Assembly (NCBI GenBank): GCA_000092065.1
Contig: CP000584.1
DNA: 64,000 nt
Direction: 5' to 3' (one strand)
Source: Ostreococcus lucimarinus
Lineage: Eukaryota
Under the pieces are notes generated by a model. That model made no database searches and had not been told where the DNA came from. It saw nothing but the letters and a program-made list of their open reading frames with translations. This document shows positions 1 through 9,604 of the stretch, piece by piece (position 1 is the stretch's first letter; the number at the start of each line of letters is the position of its first letter). The translations under genes were made by a program, and so were the position numbers.

Positions 1-1
1 C

Positions 2-229
2 ATCGCCGCCATCCTCTGCGCCGGTCTCGCCGTGATCGCCCTCGCGCACGCCCGTCGTCACCGCGCTCCACCGGCGCCCTCCCGGCCGTGGCCGCGCGAC
101 GTGGAATCCGTCGCGTTTCGAGACTTTGCCGCCGACGACGACTCCGACGACGACGACTCCGACGCGCCGCCGCGCGATTCCGCCCCCATCCCGCCCCACC
201 GCCGCGGCTTAAAACTCGCAAAGGATTAA
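2..229 (+). CDS. C-terminal fragment of an upstream gene that runs off the window start: hydrophobic helix IAAILCAGLAVIALA followed by an acidic tail, stop at 227-229
   Basis: Frame is open from position 2 to a TAA. The composition is non-repetitive. The listed ORF 32..229 begins at a GTG, so this is a gene end rather than a start. Confidence 0.3.
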   Translation: MAAILCAGLAVIALAHARRHRAPPAPSRPWPRDVESVAFRDFAADDDSDDDDSDAPPRDSAPIPPHRRGLKLAKD

Positions 230-350
230 TCCAACGCACATCGCCCGTTCCAACGCCTCGCCGTCGTCGATTCGCGTCCTCGACGTCCCGCGCGTCTCGC
301 GGAAAACCTCGGGTAATCCACCGTTCGCGACTCGACGTCGCACCCCCCCC

Positions 351-479
351 ATGTCCGTCGGTCGCGACGCCTTGACGTCACACCGCGCCTCGACCGCTCA
401 CGACATGTCCGCGTTCACGATCTCCGCCGCCGCCGCCCGCGTCAACGCCGCCCCGGCGTTCGCCAACAAGGCCTCCAAG
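351..479 (+). CDS. rpl12: Organellar (bacterial-type) ribosomal protein L7/L12, exon 1 of 3 (presequence MSVGRDALTSHRASTAHDMSAFTISAAAARVNAAPAFANKASK); donor GTACGC at 480
   Basis: ATG at 351. The exon ends in phase 0 before GTACGCCTCG. Confidence 0.75.
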
Positions 480-765
480 GTACGCCTCGTTCGCCTCGAC
501 GCGCCGACGCGACGCGCGTCGCGCGCCGACGCGCGCGCGCCGTCGCGAACGTCGACGGCGCAGCCCTAACCCCGAAGGACCGGCGGCGACGCGCGCGGAC
601 CGCGCGACGCGCGCGGACGCGCGCGATGGCCGCCGCGACGCGCGCGCGCGATGGGATAAAATACGCACGACGCATTCGCGGCGCGTCGGGCGACCGACGC
701 GTCGCGCGGAGACGCGACGACGGGAATCCGACGACTGACCCCGCACCACGATGTCGCGCGCGCAG

Positions 766-861
766 CCGACGTCCGTTCGCCCGACCGCGGCGAAGCGCAC
801 GTCCGTCGTCCTCGCGTCGGCGAAGACGGATGCGATCATCGAAGAGATGAAGACGCTCACG
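766..861 (+). CDS. rpl12: L7/L12 exon 2 (…KTDAIIEEMKTLT); acceptor CAG at 763-765, donor GTACGT at 862
   Basis: Matches the L7/L12 N-terminal dimerisation helix. Branch motif ACTGAC at 734-739 lies 26 nt upstream of the acceptor. Confidence 0.7.
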
Positions 862-1079
862 GTACGTGCGGCGCGCGCGATCGCGCGAGGACGCGGCGTG
901 GGAGGCGCGATGATGATGACGCGACGCGCGGACGACCCTACGCGATAAGGGTCTGGGGAAACCCTGAAAACGGAGCTCGCGCGGACGCTCGGGAAGGCGC
1001 GTGGAACGCGGGAAAGATGGCGCGATGCGACGCGGAACGAAGACTGACGATAAAATCGTGATCGTTCTCTCGCGCGTAG

Positions 1080-1418
1080 CTCCTTGAAGCGTCCGAGCTC
1101 GTCGCTCAAATCGAAGAAGTGTTCGGCGTCGACGCCTCCGCTCCGGCGGGCGGCATGATGATGGCCGCCGGCCCGGCTGCCGGTGGCGAAGCCGCCGAAG
1201 AAAAGACCGAGTTCGACCTTGTCATTGACAACGTTGACGCCGATAAGCGCATCGCGATCATTAAGGTTGTGCGTGGCCTCACCGACTTGGGCTTGAAGGA
1301 AGCGAAGGATGCCGTCACCAACGTGCCGTTCACCATCCTCGCGGGCAAGACGAAGGGTGAAGTCGAAGAAGCCAAGAAGGCGCTCGAAGAAGGCGGTGCC
1401 AAGTGCTCCATCAAGTAA
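1080..1418 (+). CDS. rpl12: L7/L12 exon 3 ([18 protein letters not shown]…[40 protein letters not shown]…[14 protein letters not shown])
   Basis: Near-identical motifs to E. coli L7/L12 ([26 protein letters not shown]). Acceptor TAG at 1077-1079 with ACTGAC at 1043-1048. Confidence 0.85.
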   Translation, partial: LLEASELVAQIEEVFGVDASAPAGGMMMAAGPAAGGEAAEEKTEFDLVIDNVDADKRIAIIKVVRGLTDLGLKEAKDAVTNVPFTILAGKTKGEVEEAKKALEEGGAKCSIK

Positions 1419-1564
1419 ATTCGTTGATATCAGCATGCCTCTAATTCTTTCGGTAGGAAGAGGAGCCGCGTAGATTCTGCGATATAGTCGATAGGAGAAG
1501 GAATGGCCCTTTTGCAAAACACATAACACATATTTCTTGATGATTTTACTACGCCGCGCTAAAG

Positions 1565-1978
1565 CTAATTCGCACCGCCGTCGACCTCGTCCTCGAGCTC
1601 GTATCTCAACTCCTCGATTGCGTCGTTGATTTCCCCAAACGCGCGCTCGAGGGTCTGCGTCGCCTCGCCGACGGCGTTCGAGTACTCCTCCTCCGTCGGC
1701 TCGGGACCATCCTTCGCGCACGCGCATCCGATCGCACACGCCGCCGGATCGCAATCCTCCGTGCGCGCCCATGACGGTTTCAAATTCATAGTCGTCTCCG
1801 CCGCCGCGCGTTCGCCGCCTCGTTGCCACGACCACGCCTCTCTTGCCGCGGCTCTTCGCAGCACTTGCAGCGCCGCCGTCATCTCCAATCGCACGCGTTC
1901 GTTCTGTTGAATCACGCGCACGAGCATCGCCGCTGACGTGCGATCGAGTCGTTTCAATCCCTCTTCTATGCCTAAAAT
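1565..1978 (-). CDS. Hypothetical conserved protein, exon 2 of 2 (ILGIEEGLKRLDRTSAAMLVRVIQQNERVRLEMTAALQ…EEYSNAVGEATQTLERAFGEINDAIEELRYELEDEVDGGAN)
   Basis: Non-repetitive ORF. Joined to the upstream exon through a 131-bp intron (donor GTGCGG is the reverse complement of 2104-2109, acceptor CAG the reverse complement of 1979-1981). Confidence 0.45.
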   Translation of the reverse strand: MLGIEEGLKRLDRTSAAMLVRVIQQNERVRLEMTAALQVLRRAAAREAWSWQRGGERAAAETTMNLKPSWARTEDCDPAACAIGCACAKDGPEPTEEEYSNAVGEATQTLERAFGEINDAIEELRYELEDEVDGGAN

Positions 1979-2109
1979 CTGCATCAACGAACGAGCGCTC
2001 GCGCGGTCATCGTCAGTCGCTCGAGTCGAGTCGCGCCGCGGCGACGCCGGCGCCGTCCCGCTCGCGCCGCGGGGCGAGGTGACCTCCCAGTCGCGCGCGT
2101 GCGCCGCAC

Positions 2110-2355
2110 CTTTTCGCTGTAACCCCGCATGTCGTCCGTCGTGCGCTTGGTTTCGAGCACGAACGCGTCCTCGGACGTCGTCCCGGCGAGCATCGACGCG
2201 TACGCGCCGTTCCACCGCTCGTAGCTCGAGCTCCTCGCGCGTTGCTGCTCGAAGAAAGACTCCAGCAGCGCGCGCGCCGAACCCGAGGCGGGCTCAATCG
2301 GGGCGGAGAACACGCGCCCGGTGGCGGTCATCGGCGACGCGGCGTGCGTCGACAT
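2110..2355 (-). CDS. Hypothetical protein exon 1 (MSTHAASPMTATGRVFSAPIEPASGSARALLESFFEQQRARSSSYERWNGAYASMLAGTTSEDAFVLETKRTTDDMRGYSEK); alternative ATG at 2424
   Basis: ATG on the reverse complement of 2353-2355. The frame is lost downstream unless the intron is spliced. Confidence 0.4.
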
Positions 2356-2496
2356 GACGGAGGCGCGCGCGTGTGTGGGGGCTCGGACGGCTTTGCGAGC
2401 GAGGAGCGAGCGAGTCAATAACATTTCAAAACCTTTTAAACTCCTTATCTGTACACCGTCATATCGTGCATATCATGCACGTATCGATCATATTAT

Positions 2497-3126
2497 TTAC
2501 TTCTTCACGCGCTTGCTGCACGTCGTGCCCGCCTCCTTGCATTTGGAACACGCGCTACGACCGCCGGCGGGGACCGCAAAGTGACCGGCCTCGTGCGTCT
2601 CGAGCACCGTGCGCAACTCGATGACGTCCTTGTGCGCACAGTCGTAGTAAATGAACCCACTGCCTTCCTTTTGTAACCACGCCACCTCGAGGGGGCACTT
2701 CGCGTTCGACTGTCGCACTTTCGTCACCTCGCCGTACCACGTCTCGTTCCCTTCGCCGCGAACCTCGACCTCCATCCCGACCGCGAAGTCCGACGTCTTC
2801 AACGGATCGTTCGCGCTTCGCTTCGGTTTCACCGTTTTCTTCGCCTTGACCTTCTTCGCCTTCGCCTTCGCCTTCGCCTTCGCCTTCGTCTTCGTCTTCG
2901 TCGTCGCCGTCGCCTTCGTCGTCGCCTTCGCCGTCTTCTTCTTCGTCCTTTCCACCGGCGTCGCCGGCGCGCTGCCCGTGATCGCCGTCAACTGCGCCGC
3001 GATCTTCGCGATCTCCGCCCTCCTCGCCGCCGTCTCGACCTCGCGCCGCGCCTCCGCCTCCTCGTCGCGTCGCGTCGCGCTCGCGAGCATCCGTCGCAAC
3101 GTCTCCAATTTCGCCTCGTCCGCCAT
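2497..3126 (-). CDS. Lys/Ala-rich nuclear protein with a C-terminal Tudor/Agenet-like barrel and a CxxC…C zinc ribbon (MADEAKLETLRR…KAKAKAKAKKVKAKK…FAVGMEVEVRGEGNETWYGEVTKV…)
   Basis: ATG is the reverse complement of 3124-3126. The (GCCTTC)n repeat at 2861-2900 encodes KAKAKA. The barrel-like motif is only weakly recognised. Confidence 0.55.
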   Translation of the reverse strand: MADEAKLETLRRMLASATRRDEEAEARREVETAARRAEIAKIAAQLTAITGSAPATPVERTKKKTAKATTKATATTKTKTKAKAKAKAKAKKVKAKKTVKPKRSANDPLKTSDFAVGMEVEVRGEGNETWYGEVTKVRQSNAKCPLEVAWLQKEGSGFIYYDCAHKDVIELRTVLETHEAGHFAVPAGGRSACSKCKEAGTTCSKRVKK

Positions 3127-3256
3127 CGTCGCGTCGTTCGCGCGCGCGCGCGCGCGAGATCGACGACGACGCGAGGTCGTCGTCGCGCGCGTCGTCGCCG
3201 CGTCGTCGACCGCGTCGTCGCCCGCGCGCGCGTCGAGTCGCGACGGGCGCCGCGCG

Positions 3257-4885
3257 ATGCCGTCGCGCCGCACGATGCCGCGCGCGGCGCCGTCGTCGTC
3301 GTCGAGCGCGTCGTCGTCGAGCGACGATGGCGACGACGACGGCGTCGACGACACGCTGGCCGCGATGTCCGACGACGCGATCAACGCGCGCGTCGCGCCG
3401 TCGTTTTACGCGCTGACGCGAAGCATCGACCGCGAGGACCGACGCGCGTTTCATCGCGTGCACTCGATCGCGCGCGACGCCGCGTTCGTGGAGGCGCAGG
3501 GCGAGCGGTTTTTGCGCGATTCGACGCGCGCGGCGTTCGCGAACGCGCGCGCGGGAGCGTGGTACGCGGGGGGGGGGAGGTTCGCGTACGAGACGTGCTA
3601 CTTTAAGAGCACCGACGGACACAATAATAACTGGACGATGTCGGCGACGAGGTTGAATCGACGCGTGGCGATGGCGTGCGCGGCGGGGAGGGGAGGGATG
3701 ATCGTGGACGCGACGCGGAGCGCGGTGAAACGGTTTCCGGATGCGCTGTCGAAGACGGTGCCGATTTGGTGCGACGCGTTGAACAGGGCGTGCGCGAGGG
3801 CGAAGCGGGACGCGGGAGCGGCGGACGCGGACGATCGCGCGTGGTTCGAGGGACCGCATTTGCCGGAGTGGGTGGCGGAACACGAGCGGAACAGCATACG
3901 CGCGCTCGTGCCGGAGTTTGAGGCGAGTTTGAAGTCTACGGGATGGGACGTCGGCGAGCTCGCGGCGATTTTGGAAAAGCCGTTTCGATGCGTGTGGGTG
4001 AGTCGGGGCGAAGACGGCGCCGAACTCTCGCTCGAGTCGCTCGCCGAGGCGGACTTTACTCCGCTTATACTCGTCACGGCGAGCGCGCCGCTGCATTGGC
4101 GCGGTGAGCGGCGGGTCGGGGTGAACGGGCACAGTTTCGCGTACGTTCCGGGAGCCGCGGACGACGAGGAGAGTTGGTCGCGTGGACTCACGGCTGACAT
4201 GTTTCACGAACACCGCGATGCTTTGCTCCACGCTTCTGAGCGCGACATTGACAACATCATCGCGCGCATCGTCGACGGTCGAATCGGGAAGCCGCGCGAG
4301 TTGGATCCTCGGTCTCGACTCGCGCCGCGAGGGTGTGCGCCGATGGACAGCCGCGCAGCGGAGGAGGCGAATCGTTCGAACGGTGCGATTTGCGCCGGCG
4401 GCATGCGAGAGCTTTCGCCAGAATGCGGCATCGGTCGATGCTCGATCGCGTCGTTCGCCGTGTACGATCGCGCTGACATGGAAAAACTCGCGGACGCATT
4501 TCTTCACGTCGGGGAAACCGTCGTGGATCCGAGCAAGGCGTGCTCGACTGCGTTTCTGCACGTTCCAGCGAGAAAAGCGAAAGTGAGCCGAACAGATCTC
4601 ATGAAAGCACTGCCTCGATGCATCGACTTCGCTCGTCGGACGTTCGAAACGCCAGGCGCACGTCTGTGCGTCACGTGCGACGACGGCGTCGACCACTCTG
4701 TCGCCGTCGCCGTGGCGCTTTGCATCGCCATGGGACCGTCGCCGTGTTCAAACGCGGACTTAGACAAAGACGACGTGCGCAAACAACTAGCGGCGGTATC
4801 GAAAACCCATCCCGACGCCAGACCGACGCGCGCGTCGCTCAAACAAGTGTACAATTTCTTTCTTCATAGCGAGGTAGCCGATTAG
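3257..4885 (+). CDS. RIT1: tRNA A64-2'-O-ribosylphosphate transferase (Rit1 family)
   Basis: N-domain motifs SFYALTRSI and ANARAGAWY match Rit1 SIYNRLRSI and ANERCGSWY. The C-terminal DUSP-like segment CVTCDDGVDHSVAVAVALCI matches too. First ATG at 3257, with alternatives at 3275 and 3365. Confidence 0.7.
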   Translation: MPSRRTMPRAAPSSSSSASSSSDDGDDDGVDDTLAAMSDDAINARVAPSFYALTRSIDREDRRAFHRVHSIARDAAFVEAQGERFLRDSTRAAFANARAGAWYAGGGRFAYETCYFKSTDGHNNNWTMSATRLNRRVAMACAAGRGGMIVDATRSAVKRFPDALSKTVPIWCDALNRACARAKRDAGAADADDRAWFEGPHLPEWVAEHERNSIRALVPEFEASLKSTGWDVGELAAILEKPFRCVWVSRGEDGAELSLESLAEADFTPLILVTASAPLHWRGERRVGVNGHSFAYVPGAADDEESWSRGLTADMFHEHRDALLHASERDIDNIIARIVDGRIGKPRELDPRSRLAPRGCAPMDSRAAEEANRSNGAICAGGMRELSPECGIGRCSIASFAVYDRADMEKLADAFLHVGETVVDPSKACSTAFLHVPARKAKVSRTDLMKALPRCIDFARRTFETPGARLCVTCDDGVDHSVAVAVALCIAMGPSPCSNADLDKDDVRKQLAAVSKTHPDARPTRASLKQVYNFFLHSEVAD

Positions 4886-4940
4886 CGAGTAGCGAGGATT
4901 AGTTTAGCTAAAATCTATTGCAACGACACGAGCGAGGTCT

Positions 4941-5558
4941 CTAAACGCACAGTCTGTACGTGACGTACCGCCCCGCGGTCTCACTCGGCCTGATGATGCG
5001 CACGACTTGTCCGCGACGCATTCCGTAATACCGCGCGATCGGATCGTGCATCTGAATTCGTGGCAACTGCGTATCCTTCACCTTGTACCGATCCAGCAGC
5101 GTCCTCTTCTGATCGTCGCTCAGCAAAATATGTTCCGGCACCAACACGTGATCGATGATGTTCACCAACAACTCCGTCTCTTGGAACTGTTCGATGTAAA
5201 ACTTTTGCGTCTGACACTCCAGCAACGACTGCTTCGCGAACGGCGTCAGCGACGCCTGCACCACGATGATCGCTCGAAACACATTTTCATCCTTCATGCG
5301 CTTCGCCAGATCCTTAATCGTCTTCACACCAACCTTTTCCTCGTCCGGGAAGAACACGAAGATATTTTCCGAGGGATCGTCGCGTTTCGGCGCCAGGATC
5401 GTCAGGCTCTCTCGCTTTGGCTCTTCGCCGAAATCCTCCGTGAACGAATCGATATCTCTCTCGAGCTCTTTCGCGCTCACGAGGTATCCACGCGCTGCGA
5501 GCATTTTGTGAATCGTCTTGCGCACGCGGAACAACCGCGTTCGCTTATCGTTGCTCAT
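4941..5558 (-). CDS. RPB5: DNA-directed RNA polymerases I/II/III subunit RPABC1 (RPB5), 205 aa, single exon
   Basis: Full-length collinear match to the RPB5 family (…FFPDEEKVGVKTIK…HVLVPEH…DPIARYYG…GQVVRIIRPSETAG). ATG and TAG both verified. Confidence 0.9.
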   Translation of the reverse strand: MSNDKRTRLFRVRKTIHKMLAARGYLVSAKELERDIDSFTEDFGEEPKRESLTILAPKRDDPSENIFVFFPDEEKVGVKTIKDLAKRMKDENVFRAIIVVQASLTPFAKQSLLECQTQKFYIEQFQETELLVNIIDHVLVPEHILLSDDQKRTLLDRYKVKDTQLPRIQMHDPIARYYGMRRGQVVRIIRPSETAGRYVTYRLCV

Positions 5559-5818
5559 CGTCGCGCGCGTTTAGGTCGTTCAAAGTTTGCAAATCGCCGA
5601 TGGAGATCCCTGACGGCGGATCGAAATCGTCGACGTGCGCGCGCGCTCGGGATGGCGAGCGCGTGTGACGGCGACGGGACGCGTCGACGTGCGTTCGTGC
5701 GTGCGCGCGCGAGAGTGCGGGCGACGCGAGGCGCGATGTGGGGACGCGGCGTCGCGTTTTCAGTTCGGCGGCTCGAGCGCGGGTTTAGGCGGCATGGAAG
5801 CTTAGCCGACGCGACGCG

Positions 5819-8710
5819 CTACAATTTTACGTCTAATCGAGGGATTCGGGTGGTGATTGCCGACGAGCGCGCGTCGTCGAGCGCGATTGGGTCGTCCGCG
5901 ATGCGCTCGAGCGCTGTTAAGGCGCGAGCTTTGCAATCAGCGGCGGCGGCGACGGCGAAGGAAGCCGCGGCGCGAACGTCGACGTCGCAGTCGGCGCGAT
6001 GGCGCCGCGCGGCGATGGCGGTGAAATGCTCTAAAGCGGTGGACAGAGGGGAGTTTTCGGCGTATGCGATGGCGACGGGGGTGTCTCGGAGAGAAGTGGC
6101 GACGAGGGCACCGGCGACGAGGGCGGAACGGCGGAGATGGGGTTGGTCGGAGTCTGCCAACGCGGGAGTGACGGCGAATTCAAGCACCGCGCGGCCGATC
6201 AACGGTCCATCGGTCGCGTTCTTGGCGTGCTTGGCGCACTGACCGAGTGTGTAGAGAATATGTCCGTTCACCATGGCGTCCAGGCCATCGGGGTTGTATT
6301 CTGGCGCGGACTGACGCTCGAGCCTTTGCGCCGCCGCGCGCAAGAGCGGCGCGACGAAGCACTCGCCTATGAGATGACTTCGCGTCGGCGCCGATGTCGC
6401 ACCTTTCGCTTGCATCTCCATGGATTTCGGCGCAAACCTTCGCTCGATACCCACGCGAGCAGTCGAACGAGTCGACGCCGAAGCATCGAGCAGGTGCTCG
6501 GCTTTTGACGGCGACGCGAGCTCCGTCATCGCCATGTCCAACGCGCTCAGCGTGTCCATAACTTGGGACGCGTCGCATTTCTCCGACAACGCGTGGTCGA
6601 TAATTGTTGGGCCTGCGAGACCAGGGGTCACCGTGAGCACCGAAGCTAAGCCTTGGCGCCGCGCGCGGTCGAGTGGGTCGGAGTCCGGCGTGGGCGGTTG
6701 CGCGTGCAAAATGGTGACAGCGAGATCCGCGGCGCACGACGCCAATTCGTGCGGCTGGCGCATGACGATATCGGAAACTGCGTGCACCGCACCTTCAGCT
6801 GCGTCCGCAATATCGATATCGGTCTGCCGAGTCGACGCATCGCCCGAACGCGCCTGCCTCAAGGCGCCGATGCACTCTCGTAAAGTTTGCGGCTTCGGCA
6901 GCGACGCGATTCGCGCTTCAGTCAAACTCGCTGGATCACGAGAACGAAGCGTCGCGTCGTCATCACTATCCATATCATACGGTACGAGCTCGTCATCGGA
7001 ATAGTCATCGCTATCGGAGGCATCCGAGTCGCTCTCGTCGCGGCGAAGGCTCCACATATCGACAACTTCGTCCGGGTCTTCGACTTTAATCTGAAACCCA
7101 GACGAACCGGTTAGATTGACGTTGGCGGCGATGGATTCTTTTTCATCGTCGCCGCCGCCGCCGCCGTCGTCATCATTGCAGACGACGAAGACGTCGTCTT
7201 GAACGATCGACTCTATGGTCTGTTCCCATTCCGATTCCTCGTCCGATGACGCGTCGACGTCGTCGCCGTCATCGACGAGTCGCAAAGGCTTGCTCGCGTC
7301 CATCTTCAGCGAAAGTTCCAAGGCGACTTTGCTCGCGTGTCTGCGCGGACGCAATGATGGCGAATCGAGACGCGCGCTCACGCCTTTCAATAACATTTGC
7401 GTCGGCTTTCCTCGCATAGCGTCCCACTCTTCGCTCGGCAACGCCGCAAGAATTGCTCGAACGCTCGACGTGAGCGTCCGTTGTAGCTCGACGGACGCCT
7501 CACGCACGAAACCTTCCCCGGACCAAGTATCCAAGAGTGCGAATATATTCGCATCGCTCGCCGCTTTGACGCGCGTGGCGTCGGCGCCTCGACGAATGGG
7601 TCGCAGAATCGTCAACCGTAAGAGCGCCGGCAGCGCGGCGCGCGGCGCGCTCTTTCGCAATAGCAACGTTTCGCACAGCGCGAATCGCGTGGCTTCGCAC
7701 GCCCAATACCTATCGCGTAGCAACACGCGCAAAACTAAATCTAGAGTTCGCCAGCTGCAGTTCACGCTCGACTCGTGACCGTCGCATTCGGCGAAGAGTT
7801 CTGAAATCCATCGACACGCGGCGTGCGCGTCGCTAACCTCATTCATCATGGTCGTCGCCCAGGCCAACGACGCCGGCACTTCATCGCCCTCGACGATCGC
7901 GCGTATCGCATCCACACCGAGCTCGCGCACGCGCGGCGCGAGCTCGCGCAGCGTGGCTCGGGCCACCGCGCGCGCGGCGCCGCGGCGACACATTCTACTC
8001 GCCGTCGCCGCCGCGCTCGCCGGCGCGTCCTCGCCGGCGTTCAACACCTGCCGAGCCAACTCCGCCTCGTACGCCTCTACACTGCGAAACACTGGTATAT
8101 CAAACCGCCGATCGAGCCGATCGAACGCTCGCAGCGCGACGTCCAGCGTCTCTTTCGCCGCGCGCGCGTCCGCCGTCGTCCCCGCCGCCATCCGCGTCAA
8201 CCTTCCCACGACCCCTCGTCGCACGAGCTCGACGTAATACGTCACCGCGCTCCGCACGATCGCGTCATCATCGCTTCCCGCGCGCGTCGCGCCCCGCGTC
8301 GTCGCCATCGCGTCGACGCACGCGCGCGCCGCGCCCGCGCCCGCGCGTTCGTCCTCATCCGCCTCCTCCCACGAGAACCACGCGTCGACGCACGCGCGCC
8401 GATCGTCCTCGCGCATGCTCTCGTACCACAATCCGCGTCCGCATCGCAGCGCGCACGCGCACGCGTCCTCGTGCGCGCGAACGTCCGCGTCGACGACGTC
8501 CTCGTCGACGACGTTTTCGTCTTCGTTCGCGCGTTCCGACCGCTCGCGCGCGCGCGCGCGCGCGAACGCCCGTCGCAGCGCCCGCGACGCGTCGACGAAC
8601 GCGTCTCGCGCGCGCGCTTCGACGCACGCGTCGAGCGCGCGCTCGAGCGCGCCCGAGCGCGCCATGAAGTGTCGCGAAGTTCGTTCGGCGTCGCGACAAC
8701 GCGACGCCAT
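5819..8710 (-). CDS. TEL2: Telomere length regulation protein TEL2 (TELO2, TTT-complex HEAT-repeat protein)
   Basis: Long alpha-solenoid ORF with an acidic segment DSDDYSDDELVPYDMDSDDD, which is the CK2/PIH1D1-binding DSDD…VPYDM signature of TEL2. The conserved C-terminal domain is present. ATG is the reverse complement of 8708-8710; the listed ORF extends upstream as an artefact. Confidence 0.7.
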   Translation of the reverse strand: MASRCRDAERTSRHFMARSGALERALDACVEARARDAFVDASRALRRAFARARARERSERANEDENVVDEDVVDADVRAHEDACACALRCGRGLWYESMREDDRRACVDAWFSWEEADEDERAGAGAARACVDAMATTRGATRAGSDDDAIVRSAVTYYVELVRRGVVGRLTRMAAGTTADARAAKETLDVALRAFDRLDRRFDIPVFRSVEAYEAELARQVLNAGEDAPASAAATASRMCRRGAARAVARATLRELAPRVRELGVDAIRAIVEGDEVPASLAWATTMMNEVSDAHAACRWISELFAECDGHESSVNCSWRTLDLVLRVLLRDRYWACEATRFALCETLLLRKSAPRAALPALLRLTILRPIRRGADATRVKAASDANIFALLDTWSGEGFVREASVELQRTLTSSVRAILAALPSEEWDAMRGKPTQMLLKGVSARLDSPSLRPRRHASKVALELSLKMDASKPLRLVDDGDDVDASSDEESEWEQTIESIVQDDVFVVCNDDDGGGGGDDEKESIAANVNLTGSSGFQIKVEDPDEVVDMWSLRRDESDSDASDSDDYSDDELVPYDMDSDDDATLRSRDPASLTEARIASLPKPQTLRECIGALRQARSGDASTRQTDIDIADAAEGAVHAVSDIVMRQPHELASCAADLAVTILHAQPPTPDSDPLDRARRQGLASVLTVTPGLAGPTIIDHALSEKCDASQVMDTLSALDMAMTELASPSKAEHLLDASASTRSTARVGIERRFAPKSMEMQAKGATSAPTRSHLIGECFVAPLLRAAAQRLERQSAPEYNPDGLDAMVNGHILYTLGQCAKHAKNATDGPLIGRAVLEFAVTPALADSDQPHLRRSALVAGALVATSLRDTPVAIAYAENSPLSTALEHFTAIAARRHRADCDVDVRAAASFAVAAAADCKARALTALERIADDPIALDDARSSAITTRIPRLDVKL

Positions 8711-9563
8711 GGCGAGCGACGACGCGAAGGCGGCGAAGAAGGCGAAGAAGGCGAAGAAGGAGAAGAAGGAAAAGAAATCCAAGCGCGCGCGCGAGGACGA
8801 GGAGGCGCGCGCGACGGAGCGCGGTGAGGAGAAGAAACGCTCGAAACGCGACGCCGGCGGCGGCGGTGCGAACGAGGAAAAACCGACGACGACGGACGAC
8901 GAGGCGACGGAACAGCGCGACGGGAAGAGCGATGCGGCGAAGAAAGACGCGCCGGCGCCGGGGACGTTTCCGACGTCGTCCACGCACGTGTACATGGGGA
9001 ACCTGGCGTGGACCATCGACGAGGCGGCGCTCGGCGAGGCGTTCGCCGACTGCGGAGAAATCGTGAGCGTGAATTGGTTCGAAGAGAAAGCCACGGGGAA
9101 GTTTTTAGGGGCTGGAGTGGTTGAGTTTAAAACCGCGGAGGCGGCGGCGGCGGCGGTGGCGGCGACGGGGCGGTTGGTGCATAAACGCGAGACGCCGGTG
9201 CGATTTTGGGAAAAGCGCGGCAACACGGCGGAGGAGCGAGCGGCGGCCAAGGCGGCGGGCGGGGGCGGGCGCGCGGAGATCAAGCCCATGGGGGAGAAGC
9301 CTGAGGGATGTTACACGCTGTTCATGGGGAATTTGAACTTTCAGATCGACGACGATACGATTTATAAATTCTTCATGGACGGCGCGGGCGTCGGTCCGCA
9401 CACCATTCGTTGGCTCACGAACAAAGAGACCGGGGAATTCCGCGGCGTGGGATTCGCAGATTTCTCGGGCGCCGAGATCGACGCGGCGGCGAAGTTACAC
9501 GGGGAGAAGTGCATGGGTCGGCCGATTCGTCTCGATTGGCAGGCGCCGAGCAATCGCGGTTGA
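8709..9563 (+). CDS. Nucleolin/Nsr1-like RNA-binding protein: Lys-rich N-terminus plus two RRMs
   Basis: KKAKKAKKEKKEKK tract, then RNP motifs (VYMGNLAWTIDE…KFLGAGVVEF; LFMGNLNFQID…FRGVGFADF). ATG at 8709. Confidence 0.8.
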   Translation: MASDDAKAAKKAKKAKKEKKEKKSKRAREDEEARATERGEEKKRSKRDAGGGGANEEKPTTTDDEATEQRDGKSDAAKKDAPAPGTFPTSSTHVYMGNLAWTIDEAALGEAFADCGEIVSVNWFEEKATGKFLGAGVVEFKTAEAAAAAVAATGRLVHKRETPVRFWEKRGNTAEERAAAKAAGGGGRAEIKPMGEKPEGCYTLFMGNLNFQIDDDTIYKFFMDGAGVGPHTIRWLTNKETGEFRGVGFADFSGAEIDAAAKLHGEKCMGRPIRLDWQAPSNRG

Positions 9564-9604
9564 GTAATAAAATCTACGCGTCTCTTACAAAGACTTCTAT
9601 AAAA

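Noticed and set aside
378-1835. 485-aa minus-strand ORF overlapping all of rpl12; similar long ORFs at 2555..4696 (-), 5007..6242 (+), 7823..8827 (+), 10113..11291 (-), 19563..20993 (-), 48253..50376 (+), 50971..52632 (-) and 54860..56071 (+)
   Set aside because: Arg/Ala/Gly-rich low-complexity translations antisense to, or frame-shifted within, well-supported genes. With this GC content stop codons are rare, so long spurious ORFs are expected. Many start with GTG/TTG 'M' from the track.
2084-2109. Alternative intron for the hypothetical gene using acceptor GAG at 2084-2086
   Set aside because: The intron would be only 26 bp with no branch motif. The 131-bp intron ending CAG at 1979-1981 is preferred.
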